A stretch of DNA of 64,000 nucleotides from Paraspadella gotoi. Lineage: Eukaryota > Animalia > Chaetognatha. Positions 12,667 through 26,190 of the stretch are shown here, one piece after another (position 1 is the first letter of the stretch; each line of letters starts with the position of its first letter). The position numbers were made by a program, and so were the translations under genes. The stretch spans positions 26,580,404-26,644,403 of the forward strand of contig CM119267.1 of NCBI GenBank assembly GCA_051294375.1, given 5' to 3'. Below the pieces are notes generated by a model that was not told where the DNA came from, did no database searches, and worked only from the letters and a program-made list of their open reading frames with translations.

Positions 12667-14067
12667 AAAATCGGGGAAACCGAAACGGCGGCGATTTTTG
12701 CGGGGAGTGGACTCGAGGTTGGCGTTGGGGTCGGGAGAAGAAAGAGAAGCGACAGACGAAAAGAGGACAACATTTTTGATCGATTGGAGAAAGAAGAGGA
12801 GGAGGAGAGTAATAAAATTAAAATGAATACGAGGAGGAGGATGAACGAGGAAGAAAAGAAACGGAGGATGTTGGAGAGAGCGAAGGAATTGAGCAAAAAA
12901 ATCCTTGAATCAAAAAAAGGCATCGTCGAAGGAAAGATGAGAGGCGGCGGCGGCGACGAAGGCGTGAAGAAGAAAGCGACGACAAATCTAGAAGAGAAAA
13001 AAAAGGAGGAGGGAGAAATCTGCGACTCGGATGCTTTTGTGTCCGAAGCTTCGACGACGTCCCTGACGATGGTTCGAAATGATCTCAATTCCACTCTTAG
13101 AGACAGCGAAGAATTCAAAACTGTGAAGCGAAAGATAAGAAAAGAAAAGAAAAATAATAAAAGGCGAGGCGCGAAGTTCGAAGGGCGTCGAATCAAAGGA
13201 CTTGACAAGTGGGAGAATTGCGCGCGACCAAAATCTCGAGACGAACAAGAAAAAAAAGATGAAAGAGAAGATTCAGCGGCAAAATCGCGCGCTCAGGACG
13301 ACTACGTTTTGGCGAAACTTTTTAAAAAATCCAGCGTTCATTCTGCCCTGCGCCACGACGCCATCATGGACTCCGAAGCTCCCGATTACGCCATCGTCGA
13401 GGCGGAGGCGAAGAGAGTAGCAGCAGAAGCTGCCGCCCGCCTCAAGGTCTCGCGGCGCCGCTGCGCGCCTGCCGCAGCTGGTGTCCCCACGTGGACGGGA
13501 ACCAATGGCGTCGTCGTCGAGAAAAGACCAAAATTTGGGACTAAGAAAAACACGAAACTCCTGACGTCGTGTGGAGAGGAAGAAGAAAAAAAGCCTCTGT
13601 ATAATCTTCTTTCTTCTTCCTCCACTTCCTTCCCGACGACGACGTTGAAGTTCGACTGTGGAATCGTCGGCAGCGTTGGAATAGATCTTCCCCAATCCGA
13701 GTTACACGTTCAGGGTATTCTCTCTGAGGCCGCGACCTCATCCGCAGATTTGATCAAAAAGATGCGACTCCGCAACGCCATCGGTCGAGACGTCGGCAAA
13801 GAAGTCGACGACGAAGTCTCGACGTACTCGCGCTGCCTTGCGACGGCGGAGGATGACGAACTCATCGACGACATCCGTGACTTTGTCGCCTTCCAGTCTC
13901 GCAATCAGGGTCGCGCCTCCACCCAAGAACTTCTGCGCAAATTCAGAGATCGAGTCGCGCCTGGTGACGCAGCCAAGTTTAAGTCGATGTTGAAGCGGAT
14001 CTGCCGCAAGGAGCGGAGCATCGACGGCGGAACTGCCGAGTGGACGCTTAAGGAGGAGTTTAGATGA
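12667..14067 (+). CDS. ERCC6: ERCC6/CSB terminal exon (C-terminal region incl. ubiquitin-binding winged-helix domain)
   Basis: tttcag|AAA phase-0 acceptor; [51 protein letters not shown] and the terminal DIRDFVAFQ...GRAST.ELL..F...W.LKEEF match the CSB C-terminus; stop TGA ends at 14067. Confidence 0.93.
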   Translation, partial: [466 protein letters not shown]

Positions 14068-14263
14068 AGGTCAACGATGTGGAATTTGATTAGAAATCGT
14101 GGACTCCTGTTATTTAATGTTTCGTACTTCCGTTCATTTTATCATTTTTCGCTGTTTTTATATTTTTAACTTTCTTTTTTTTTACTTGTATAACTGACAT
14201 CTAGGTTGGTCACCAGGAAGTTAATACGTCGAAGATTCTTTATTCGGTTGTTTGTTAAAGGCA

Positions 14264-14423
14264 ATGAAAGGCAGCAATCACGAAGTATGCGAGAAGTCTG
14301 TTGAAGCTTCTTTTGCTAAGAGCCCTTTGATTAACTTATTGCTGCGATCTTTGAAAAAATCAAATTGTTCTTTTGAGAAAAAAACTCAAATAAATTGCGA
14401 ATCATGTCCCGGTACTCTAAAAG
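14264..14423 (+). CDS. ATP23: Mitochondrial inner membrane protease ATP23 (KUB3/XRCC6BP1), exon 1
   Basis: ATG at 14264; MKGSNHEVCEKSVEASFAKSPLINLLLRSLKKSNC...INCESCPGTLK has the ATP23 C..SP..L...C...I.C..C pattern; strong donor AAG|gtaag, phase 1, in frame with the exon at 36533. Start codon inferred. Confidence 0.82.
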
Positions 14424-14998
14424 GTAAGAAGCATATGGCAAATTGTACAAGGTTAGACTTTTTTAAGATGAAGTAAAAAATTGTTTAATTCTAGTTTTAC
14501 GAAATATTTATAGGTCTTAATTTCAGTTGGAGATACAATTTTTAGATCACCCTAAATTACTCGCTAAAGAACTAAAAATCGCTTTTTTGTCGTTTACTTT
14601 AGTTGTGCACTCACGTGTAGAGATTCCTTAACCGTTAATAACGGTGAAATTTTAACCGTTAATTTTTTTTATTTTGACGGTTAAATTCGGTTAAATTTTA
14701 TTTTTTGTAATTCAGATATTTTGGTAAAAAATATTTTGTTTTCTTTAACTTATGTTTTTAGAGAAATTTTTTTAAAAACAAATACTCACTTTTTTTTAAA
14801 TACAAGTTTTCAGCAGATTCCGACTCTATAATTCACTTTGTCGGTCCTCCCCCTCAATATTGTCGGGCACTCACTTATATCATGTCAGAACATCGAATTA
14901 TAATAAATTATGATGGGATAATCCTTTCTTTTTCGTTGTTTATAGGTATTAGAGAGAGCAAAGAATTTTGAATTTTAACAACGATTTTTATTAATAGT

Positions 14999-15040
14999 TG
15001 GACATGTTTCGGCTTGCTTAGTTCAAGCCTTCATCAGCAT
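14999..15040 (-). ncRNA. Minimal type I hammerhead ribozyme motif in a Penelope-like repeat
   Basis: Minus strand: tg CTGATGA a ggcttg-aactaag-caagcc GAAA catg TC ca. Duplicate at about 21276-21316. Confidence 0.7.
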
Positions 15041-17706
15041 ATGACATTCAATAATAAATTTTGTGCAAAAGAAGAGTGTGTGAGAGAGAGAGAGAAAGAG
15101 AGAGAGAGAGGGTAAAAGTTTTTCCAACAAAGTGGTGAGACAGAATAGTGGTCAGATGTGAGGACAGGTTGAAGGTGAGGGCAGATTGAGTGAGTTGTGA
15201 AAAGAAGTGAAACTTGTTAAAGATAGAGAGAGAGAGTGAGAGAGAGAGAGAAAAAATATTTTATGAATTGAAATAAGATGAGAATACTAGGTTTTAATTG
15301 TTTCCTTCTTTTTTTGCTTTTATATTATCAAATAAGCTAAGTTTCTAAATTAACCGATTTTAACCATTAACGGTTAAAAAGTCGTTTTAACGGTTAACCG
15401 ACGTAGAAAAATTAATGGTTAAGAGGAAAGGTCATTCAGCATAACAATACGTAATCATTGATGTATTAGAGCTAATACATCGAGAAATACATCGTAATCA
15501 CCAGTAATCACCAAAAAAAAGTGTTTTTTATATGTCAACATTGTGTTTTAAATATTTTTTTTAAATCGGTAAATAAGAAAATTGTTAAGTTAAATGGGTA
15601 AGAACATTTTTTAAAGATTTGTTTTCTCAATCTGTTTGTTAAAAAATTCTAGGTAAGAAGTTAAACACAGGTATGGGTTAGTTTAGAAGGGGAGAATTTA
15701 ACAATTAATCTCGTTACTCTGTTGTTTTCCAGTCATGAACAAAATCTTCAGTTAAATAGATGGTAAAGAAATTCGAGCTACAATGAATCTACACTGAATT
15801 TGAAGAGTTGCAGCCTAGACGACTGCAATAATATTGAATTAAAAATTTGATTAGCAATCTTATAAAACATTTGTAAAAATGTAATAGAGAGACATTTGAT
15901 AAACGCGTTCCAGTTAGAAAGAATTCAGGGTTAAAGTTTAAAAAGTTTCATTTTCAAGGATACAAGTTGAAATTTAAAAATGTCTCTCTATTACATTTTT
16001 CTAATTCAGTAATAAAAATTCATAAAAAATATCAGATGGATTGGCCTTTCGTTTGACCTGCAACTCTTCAGATAGGTTTCTTTATTTTATATTATAATTA
16101 AAACCGATATTAAATGGGGTAGAATGCATCAAATGTTTAAAGTGAATACATTTTCGGAATCGCCAGGAGCTCAGCTTTCTGAATTTGTACTCCATTTGGC
16201 CTATTTTGAAGTTGAATTGAATGACCCTTTTTCTTAAGGAAACACTACTCACAAACTTTTTGAAAGTTCTTGATTCTCGCAAAGTTTCTCATTCATTAGG
16301 TGGAGAAAAAATATCACCATTAAAATTTCTCCGGATGCTCTATATGAACTTTCGCGCCACTTTTTGCGCAAACACTTCCGGTTGAAAAAAGATAAAATTT
16401 TAAAAGAAGCAAGCAATTATTAGCCAGCACACTTAGTAATTAATAATACAGTTACTTATAATCTTAATACCTAATTATTTGGTTTTGCTTTATAAATTAC
16501 ATTTTGTATGTCAAAGGATAACAATTAAAAAAGGCTTTATATTATAAAATGCTGGCTTTTGACAAAATTATGGGTAAAAACTTTTCTGATGTTTTGGCGT
16601 TTGGAAAAACCACTTAAAAATCTACTTTTAAAAAAATTACCTTAACCGCTTATCCATAACCATCCATAAACACCATAACCTAAACCCCTAACCCAGCTTG
16701 CGAAAGTAAAATTATGCTAAAAAATTTTTATTTCAAGATTTAAAGGCTTTTAAATCCAGTGAAAGGAGGGATAAAATGAGGGAGAGAAACAGTCTCGCAA
16801 AAATTTGGGTAAAACTTTGGATAAAATTAAATTGTGCTTCTCACAAAATATTATGGTAATAAAAAATTATATACCATATTTTTAAATAAAAGATAATTCA
16901 AACGATAGGGGGAAAAGAAACGAGTTAGCATATTTAATAATCTATATTATGTCATTAATTTTATAAGTTAGTATATCGGTGTCCTCAAAGTTACCTTTAA
17001 ACCTTCACAGTTGATATTATGTCTTTAAGATTCACTATTTTTTTCAATTTAGAAAAATATTTATTTCATATTTAATGCTGAATTTTATATATGACGATAT
17101 TATTGGAATTCGAATAGAGAACTTTACAATGTAAGGAGACGAAGACGACTGAGGCTTGACTGGAGTTCGGTGAAAGGATTCTTTGACTGAGGTTATCTTG
17201 ATACGAGGTTTACTCAAGTTGCCAGAATATATTTATTCCGCCCAGACTTCTAATACAGTCAGTAGTACAATTACTTTATACTTTATACTCGCTACATGAC
17301 CTTGTAGACTGGGCATTTCTCTATCGTCTGGACCTCAGGTCTGCAGTGAGACGTTACAATCGTCATTGGGCCTTAGATCCGGTGACCTCGTTTCCTCGGC
17401 GCTATATCTATGTAACCGAGAGTTTTAGTGCTGAGTGAGCACAAGAATTAGGTGTCTAGGAAGCATCGATTCTAGTTAGAGTTAAAGTTGTAGAGATTTT
17501 TATTTTTATTGAACTCCAATATTAATAATAAAAATAAAAAGAAAGGAAACGATACGAACATTCTATTTTTTAAATTTATTTTTACTTCTTCAAAGATTAT
17601 TTTGTATTTTGCACTTTATTTTCAATCAAAATATTTTAATTATTGTTAATAATTGTGTAGTCGGGCATGGCCTAAATCCACCCTGTCTATAATCATAACA
17701 CCTTCA

Positions 17707-17930
17707 GTCGTGACCCGGTTGCTCATTGAGTAAAGCCATCAGCTCATGACCACTAGGTACCGGGTTCAATCTCAACTTGGTAACGACCCTGTGGGAAGCA
17801 AGAGGACGGCCGTAGACCACTATGGAGGCGTGGAAAACCCTCAAGCCTGGTTCCAAGCCCAGGACTGTGGCTGCTGAGGGGGCATAGAAGTTACTGATTG
17901 CAGTCTTCAGCCCACATAGCGCCTTATTCA
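17707..17930 (+). mobile_element. tRNA-derived SINE-like element (duplicate at about 24025-24240)
   Basis: Stem gtcgtgacc/ggtaacgac, A-box-like ggttgctcattgagtaaagc, CAT-containing loop ctcatga, B-box gggttcaatctc, followed by a non-tRNA body. Confidence 0.5.
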
Positions 17931-18479
17931 CAATTGTTCTTATTAATGTCATTATGGATCAGTTAACTAATAAAAAAATATTAAACACATATTTATAAAA
18001 ATATAACAGTAAAATAATTGTTAATTTAAAAGAATAGTATTTGAAAAATCTTTCAAAAATACGATTATTTCCTGTCTTTTTTATTTCAAGGTAAAAAAAA
18101 TATTTAATATTTTTAAAAATTTACATAAAAAGTAAAATAATCATTCAGCTATGTATATAATTAACTATAAATTAAATAATTTTAGTTTAAAATCGTTTTA
18201 TTCCTAAAAACAAGTTATTTTTTAACCGGAAGTGGTACGCCACATAAAGTGGCGTGGAAAGTCCATAATTCTCTACCTGAGAAATTTTTCATTGTGATAT
18301 TCGTTTTTATCATTAAAATTGGAAATTAATTAATTAAAAATCTCCTTCTCTCTGCGTTTTTATTAAAAAAAAATTGAATTAGGATTGAACTCGTAAAATT
18401 AGGCATCACGTTCGTGCATGTTATCATTTTGCTATCGCAACATCGGTTTTTTACTTCATTTTTTCTTCTCGTCACTCTT

Positions 18480-18845
18480 TATTTTTATTTTTTATCTTTC
18501 TTTCCTTTTTATTTTTTCTTTCCTTTCTATTTTTTCTTTCCTTTCTTTTCTATTTTTTCTTTCTATTTTTTTTCTTTCTATTCTTTCTTTCCTTTCTATG
18601 CTTTCTTTCCTTTCTATGCTTTTTTTCCTTTATATTCTTTCTTTCCTTTATATTCTTTCTTTCCTTTCTATTCTTTCTTTCCTTTCTATTCTTTCTTTCC
18701 TTTCTATTTTTTCTTTCTTTCCTTTCTATTCTTTCTTTCCTTTCTATTCTTTTTTTTCTTTCTATTCTTTTTTTTCTTTCTTTCCTTTCTATTCTTTTTT
18801 CTTTCTTTCCTTTCTATTCTTTCTTTCCTTTCTATTCTTTCTTTA
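18480..18845 (+). repeat. Pyrimidine-rich tandem repeat (TTCTTTCTTTCCTTTCTA-like); duplicate at about 24790-25140
   Basis: Direct inspection; it explains the F/S/L-rich spurious ORFs. Confidence 0.9.
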
Positions 18846-18940
18846 TATTTATTATTTTTTTCTTTCTCTTTCTGTTTATAAATTAATTTTCTTTTCTCAT
18901 ATTGATTTTTTTTAGTATCAAAATTTGTTGTCAATCCAGA

Positions 18941-19979
18941 TTTTTAGTTGGATCTGCTTATCAGCAGATTTCGACTCTATAATTCACTTTGTCGGTCCGT
19001 CGGTTCCACCCCAAAATATTGTCGGTAAATCATTATTATTATATCAGAACCTCGAATTATGATAAATTATGCAAAAAAAAATGTCCATCCGTCCGTCCGT
19101 CTGTCCATCCCCCCTTAGCAAAAAACTCCAATTACTCGTGATTGGATGGATGGATTGGTATGAAATTTTGTGTGTGGGTAGGAAACTGTGTGATTGAGAT
19201 GGATATGAAGTTTCGAGGGAATCGTGCGAGTGGAAATTGGTTTAAATGGAAACAAAAAAAAATCTATTTCACTATTTGAACGCCAATTGCTTATGAGTAG
19301 ATAGGGCAATTGACTTGAAATTTTGTATGATGGTAGGGAAGTGTGTGATTGAGCTGGATATAAAGTTTTGATGGAATCGTGCCAGTGGAAATGAGTTGAA
19401 ATGGAAAAAACAAAAGTCATATTTTCAGTATTTTTACTTAAATTTACTCATAATTATTATGTTTATTAAAAATTGGATAGATAAATTGAAATTGAATTTT
19501 GTGTGTGGGTAGGAAAGTATGTGATAAAGCTGGATATAAATTTTTTGATGGAATCGTAGAAGTGGAAAAGAGTTCAAATTAGAAAACCAAAAGACACATT
19601 TATTTGAATTTTTTAAAGTTTCTCTCTCTCTATCTCTCTCTGATTGATTGATTGATTGATTGACCAAATTATGCCAATTGACCAAATTCTGAAAGTTAAC
19701 CAAATTATGCCAGTTGACCAAATTCTGCCTGTTTACCAAATTATGCCAGTTGACCAAATTATGCCAGTTGACCAAATTATGCCGGTTGACCAAATTATCT
19801 TAATTGACCAAATTAGGTCAGTTGACCAAATTATGTCAATAGACCAAATTATGTCAGTTAACCAAATTATGTCAGTTGACCAAATTATACAAGTTGATTA
19901 AATTATGCAAGTTGACCAAGTTAGCTTATTACCACTTAATTATCGTAGGCAGATCCGACATTGTTTGCTCAAACTTGTT
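18941..19979 (+). mobile_element. Helentron/DINE-1-like non-autonomous element, family A (complete copy with internal 18-bp tandem array)
   Basis: 5' hairpin ggatctgc-ttatca-gcagatt, (GTCC)n microsatellite, 3' subTIR gcagatccgac plus hairpin gtttgctcaaac, inserted in a T-run without TSD. Further copies at about 20062-20716, 25236-31602 (split by the DIRS), 42307-43444, 49334-50129, 62572-63299. Confidence 0.8.
19655..19920 (+). repeat. 18-bp minisatellite (GTTGACCAAATTATGCCA)n; duplicate at about 25950-26190
   Basis: About 14 degenerate units visible directly; a related TGCAAGTTAAAAAAATGA-type array lies at about 60780-61050. Confidence 0.9.
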
Positions 19980-22900
19980 CTTATGCGATTGCGACGATCC
20001 TTATGCTTTTAAGACTTTCAATGGACAAAACATTTCCTATATGGGTATACCCAAATAATTATTTTTAGTCGGATCTGCTTATCAGCAGATCCCGACTCTA
20101 AACTCACTTTGTCGGTCCGTCGGTCCGCCCCCTCAATATTGTCGGGCACACACTTATATCATGTCAGAACATCGAATTATGATAAATTATGCAAAAAAAA
20201 TGATGTCCGTCCGTCCGTTTGTCTCTCTGTCCGTCCGTCCGTCCGTCCCACCTTAGCAAAAAACACAATTACTCGTGATTGGATGGATGGATTTAAAATG
20301 AAAATTTGTGTGAGGATAGGTAAGTGTGTGATTGAGCTGGATATGAAGTTCGATGGAATCGTCCGAGTGGAAATGAGTTTAAATGGAAAAAAAAAAAAAA
20401 TATATTCACTATTTGAACACCAATTGCTCATGAGTGGATGGGCTGATTGACCCTGAATTTTGTATGTGGGTAGGAAAGTGTGTGATCAACAGGAAATCAA
20501 GTTTCGATGGATTAGTTTGAGTGGAAATGAGTTTAAAATGGAAAAAAACAAAAAACCTGTTTAACTAATTGATTATGCTTCTTTTTCTTTTATATTAAAT
20601 GTATATGCAGGATATATTAATAAATCAAATAATTAATCAGTTAATTAATCAATTAGTAAATAAATTAATAATTAATTAGTCAATCAATCCGTCCATCCAT
20701 CCCATCTTAGCAAAAANNNNNNNNNNNNNNNNNNNNNNNNNTTCATTTTTAAGATGAAGTAAAAAATTGTTTATCTAGTTTTACGAAAATTTATAGGTTC
20801 TTACATTTCAGTTTGGAGATACAATTTTTAGATCACCTAAATTACTCGCTAAAGAACTAAAAATCGCTGGGTTTTGTCGTTTACTTATTGTTGCACTCAC
20901 GTGTAGAGATTCCTTAAGCGTTAATACGGTGAAATTTTAACCGTTATGTTTTTATTTTGCGGTTAAATTCGGTTAAATTTTATTTTTGTAATTCAGATAT
21001 TTTGGTAAAAATATATTTGTTTTTCTTTAACTTATGTTTTATAGAGAAATTTTTTTAAAAACAAATACTCACTTTTTTTAAAATACAAGTTTCAGCAGAT
21101 TCCGACTCTAAACTTCAGCTTTGTCGGTCCTCCCCTCAATATTTGTCGGGCACTCACTGAATCTGTCAGAACATCGAATTATAATAAATTATGATGGATA
21201 ATCCTTTCTTTTCGTTGTTTATAGGTTATTTAGAAGAGCAAAGAATTTGAATTTTAACAACGATTTTTTAAATAGTGGACATGTTTCGGCTTGCTTAGTC
21301 AAGCCTTCATCAGCATATGACATCAATATATAAATTTTGTTGCAAAAAGAAGAGTGTGTGAGAGAGAGAGAGAAAAGAGAGATGAGAGGGTAAAAGTTTT
21401 TCAACAAATGTGGTGAGACAGAATAGTGGGTCAGATGTGAGGACAGGTTGAAGGTGAGGGCAGATTGAGTGAGTTGTGAAAAGAAGTGAAAAACTTGTTT
21501 AAAGATAAGAGAGAGAGTGAAGAGAGAGAGAGAAAAAATATTTATGAATTGAAATAAGATGAGAATACTAGGTTTTAGTGTTTCCTTTTTTTTGCTTTTA
21601 TATTATCAAATAAGCTAAGTTTCTAAATTAACCGATTTTAACCATTAACGGTTAAAAAAGCGATTTTTTAACGGTTAACCGACGTAGAAAATTAATGGTT
21701 AAGAGGAAGGTCATTCAGCATAACAATACGTAATCATTGATGTATTAGAGCTAATACATCGAGAATATACATCGTAATCACCAGTAATCACAAAAAAAAA
21801 GTGTTTATATTATATGTCAACATTGGGTTTTAAATATTTTTTTTTTAAATCGGTAAATAAGAAAATTGTTAAGTTAAATGGGTAAGAACATTTTTTAAAG
21901 ATTTGTTTTTCAATCTGTTGTTAAAAAATTCTAGTAAGAAGTTAAAACACGGTATGGGTTAGTTAGAACGGGGAGAATTTAACAATTAATCTCGTTACTC
22001 TGTTGGTTTTCCAGTCATGAACAAAATCTTCAGTTAAATAGATGGTAAAGAAATTCGAGCTACAATGAATCTACAGAATTTTGAAGAGTTGCAGCTAGAC
22101 GACTGCATAATATTGAATTTAAAAATTTGATTAGCAATCTTTAAAAACATTTTGAAAAATGTAATAGAGAGACATTTGATAAACGCGTTCCAGTTAGAAA
22201 AGAATTCAGGGTTAAAGTTTAAAAAGTTTCATTTTCAAGGATACAAGTTGAAATTTAAAAATGTCTCTCTATTACATTTTTTCTAATTCAGTAATAAAAA
22301 TTCATAAAAAAATCACGATGGATTGGCCTTTTCGTTTGACCTGCAACTCTTCAGATAGGTTTCTTTTATTTTATATTATAATTAAAACCGATAAAAATGG
22401 GGTAGATTGCATCAAATGTTTAAAGTGATTACATTTTCGGAATCGCCAGAAGCTCAGCTTTCTGAATTTGTACTCCATTTGGCACTATTTTGAAGTTGAA
22501 TTGAATGACCCTTTTTCTTAAGGAAACACTACTCACAAACTTTTGTGAAGTTCTAGATTCTCGCAAAGTTTCTCATTCCAAATTAGGTGGAGAAAACAAA
22601 CATCACCATTAATAATTCCCGGATGCTCTATATGAACTTTCGCGCCACTTTTGCGCAAATCACTTCCGGTTGAAAAAAGATACAAATTTTAAAAAGAAGC
22701 AAGCAATTATTAAGCCAGCACACTTAGATAATTAATCAAAATACAGTTACTTATAATCTTAATACCTAATTATTTGGTTTTGCTTATAAATTACATTTTG
22801 TATGTCAAAGGATAACAATTAAAAAAGGCTTTATATTATAAAATGCTGGCTTTTGACAAAATTATGGGTAAAAACTTTTGCTGAGGTTTGGCGTTTGGAA

Positions 22901-25900
22901 AACCACTTTAAAATCTACTTTTAAAAAAATACCTTAACCTTAAACCGTCTTACCATAACCACTCATAAACCCCTTAACCCTAAACTCCCCTAACCCCGCT
23001 TGGCGAAAGTAAAATTATCGCTAAAAAATTTTTATTTCAAGATTAAAGGCTTTTAAATCCATTAAAAGGAGGGATAAATTGAGGGAGAGAAACAGTCTCG
23101 CAAAAAAGGTTGGTAAAAATTTAGGATAAATTAAATTGTGCTTTCTCACAAATTATGATGGGTAATCACAAAAAATTATATACACCCATATTTTTTAAAT
23201 AAGAAGATAATTCAAAAGATAGGGGGAAGAGAAACGAGTTCAGCATGATTTAATAATTTATATTATGTCATTAATTTTATAAGTTAGTAATATCGGTGTC
23301 TTCAAAGTTACCTTAAACCTTCACAGTTGATATTATGTCCTTAGATTCACTATTTTTTTCAATTTAAAAAAATATTTATTTGCATATTTAATGCTGAATT
23401 TTATATATGACGATATTATTGGAATTCGAATGAGAGACTTTACAATTTAAGGAGACGAAGACGACTGAGGCTTGACTGGAGTTCGGTGAAAGGATTCTTT
23501 GGGACTGAGGTTATCTTGATAACCGAGGTTTACTCAAGTTGCCAGAATATATTTATTCCGCCCAGACTTCTAATACAGTCAGTAGTACAATTACTTTATA
23601 CTTATACTCGCTACATGACCTTGTAAGACTGGCATTTCTCTATCGTCTGGACCTCAGGTCTGCAGTGAGACGTTACAATCGTCATTGGGCCTTAGATCCG
23701 GTGACCTGTCCTCATTCACGCTATATCTATGTAACCGAGAGTTTTAGTGCTGAGTGAGCACCAAGAATTAGTGTCTAGGAAGCATCGATTTCTAGTTAGT
23801 TAAAGTTGTAGAGATTTTTATTTTAATTGAACTCCAATATTAATAATAAAAATAAAAAGAAAGGAAACGATACGAACATTCTATTTTTTAAATTTATTTA
23901 ACTTCTTCAAAGATTATTTTGTATTTTGCACTTTTATTTTCAATCAAAATATTTTAATTATTGTTAATAATTGTGTAGTCGGGCATGCCTAAATCCACCC
24001 TGTCTATAATCATAACACCTTCAGTCGTGACCCGGTTGCTCATTGAGTAAAGCCATAGCTCATGACACTAGGGTACCGGGTTCAATCTCAACTTGGTAAC
24101 GACCCTGTGGGAAGCAAGAGGACGGCCGTAGACCACTATGGAGCGTGGAAAACCCTCAAGCCTGGTTCCAAGCCAGGACTGTGGGCTGCTGAGGGGCATA
24201 GAAGTTACTGATTGCAGTCTTCAGCCCACATAGCGCTTTATTCACAATTTTCTTATTAATGTCATTTAGGATCAGTTAACTAATAAAAAAAATATTAAAC
24301 ATCATATTTTATAAAAATATACAGTAAAATAATTGTTATTTAAAAGAATAGTATTTTGAAAAATCTTTCAAAAATACGATTATTTCCTGTCTTTTTTATT
24401 TCAAGGTAAAAAAATTATTTAATATTTTTTAAAAATTTACATAAAAAGTAAAATAATCATTCAGCTATGTATATAATTAACTATAAATTAAATAATTTTA
24501 GTTTAAAATATTTTATTCCTAAAACAAGTTATTTTTTAACCGGAAGTGGTACGCCACATAAAAAGTGGCGTGGAAAGTCCATAATTCTCTACCTGAGAAA
24601 TTTTTCATTGTGATATTCGTTTTATTCATTAAAATTGGAAATTAATTAATTAAAATCTCCTTCTCTCTGCGTTATTAAAAAAAAAATGAATTAGGATTGA
24701 ACTCGTAAAATTAGGCATCACGTTCGTGCATGTTATCATTTTGCTATCGCAACATCGGTTTTTTACTCCCATTTTTTCTTCTCGTCACTCTTTATTTTTA
24801 TTTTTTATCTTCTTTCCTTTTTATTTTTCTTTCCTTTCTATTTTTTCTTTCCTTCTCTTTCTATTTTTCTTTCTATTTTTTTTTTCTTCTTTCTTTCTTC
24901 TTTCTTTTCCTTTCTATGCTTTTTTCCTTAATATTCTTCTTTCCTTTATATTCTTTCTTTCCTTCTATTATTCTTTCTTCTCCTTTCATTCTTTCTTTCC
25001 TTTCTATTCTTCTTCTTTCCTTTCTATTCTTTCTTTCTTCCTTTCATTCTTTTTCTTTCTTTCTTTTTTTTCTTCTTTTCTTCTATTCTTTTTTTCTTTC
25101 TTTCCTTTCATTCTTTCTTTCCTTTCTATTCTTTCTTTATATTTATTATTTTTTTCTTTCTCTTTCTGTTTATAAATTAATTTTCTTTTCTCATATTGAT
25201 TTTTTTTAGTATTCAAAATTTGTTGTCAATCCAGATTTTTAGTTGGATCTGCTTATCAGCAGATTTCGACTCTATAATTCACTTGTTCGGTCCGCGGTTC
25301 CACCCAAAAATATTGTCGGTAAAATCATTATTATTATATCAGAACTCGAATTATGATAAATTATGCAAAAAAAAAATGTCCATCCGTCCGTCCGGTCGGT
25401 CCATCCCCTTAGCAAAAAACTCCAATTACTCGTGATTGGATGGATGGATTGGTATGAAATTTTGTTGTGGGTAGGAAACTGTGTGATTGAGATGGATATG
25501 AAGTTCGAGGGATCGTGCGAGTGGAAATTGGTTTAAATGGAAACAAAAAAAAATCTATTTCACTATTTGAACGCCAATTGCTTATGAGTAGATAGGGCAA
25601 TTGACTTGAAATTTGTGTATAATGGTAGGGAAGTGTGTGATTGAGCTGGATATAAAGTTTTGATGGGAATCGTGCCAGTGAAATGAGTTGAAATGGAAAA
25701 AACAAAAGTCATATTTTCAGTATTTTTACTTAAATTGACTCATAATTATTATGTAATTTATTAAAAATTGGATAGAAAAATTGAAATTGAATTTGGTGTG
25801 GGTAGAAAGTATGTGAAAAGCTGGATATAATATTTTTGATGGAACGTAGTTAGAAGTGGAAAGAGTTCAAATTAGAAAACCAAAAGACACATTATTTGAA

Positions 25901-26190
25901 TTTTTTAAAGTTTCTCTCTCTCATCTCCTCTGATTGATTGATTGATTGATTTGACCAAATTATGCCAATTGACCAAATTCTGAAAGTAACCAAATTATGC
26001 CAGTTGACCAAATTCTGCCTGTTTACCCAAATTATGCCAGTTGACCAATTATGCCAGTTGACCAAATTATGCCGTGTTGACCCAAATTATCTTAATTGAC
26101 CAAATTAGGTCAGTTGACCAAATTATGTCAATAGACCAATTATGTCAGTTAACCAATTATGTCAGTTGACCAAAATTATACAAGTTGATT

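Noticed and set aside
12663-13926. Minus-strand ORFs overlapping the ERCC6 last exon (also 46775-47546 over the LAMP-like gene)
   Set aside because: Antisense shadows of GC-rich real exons.
16040-16078. Hammerhead-like CTGAAGA...GAAA on the minus strand
   Set aside because: No helix III or properly placed UH cleavage triplet, and not part of the repeat family.
17130-17560. Solo LTR (TGT...ACA ends)
   Set aside because: No matching target-site duplication, and the duplicate copy lacks the TGT start; unsupported.
17707-17790. Functional tRNA genes (also 33729-33796, 62402-62468)
   Set aside because: Imperfect D and anticodon stems and embedding in dispersed repeats indicate SINE heads.
18414-18934. 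Long F/S/L-rich and K/E/R-rich ORFs (also 24726-25216, 41078-41391, 56176-56646, 60255-60481)
   Set aside because: Translations of pyrimidine/purine simple repeats that lack stop codons by composition.
19434-19901. Repeat-peptide ORFs (QIMPVD)n and (HNLVNW)n, and a CRISPR-like look
   Set aside because: An 18-bp minisatellite inside a Helentron-like element; no unique spacers, no cas genes, eukaryotic context.
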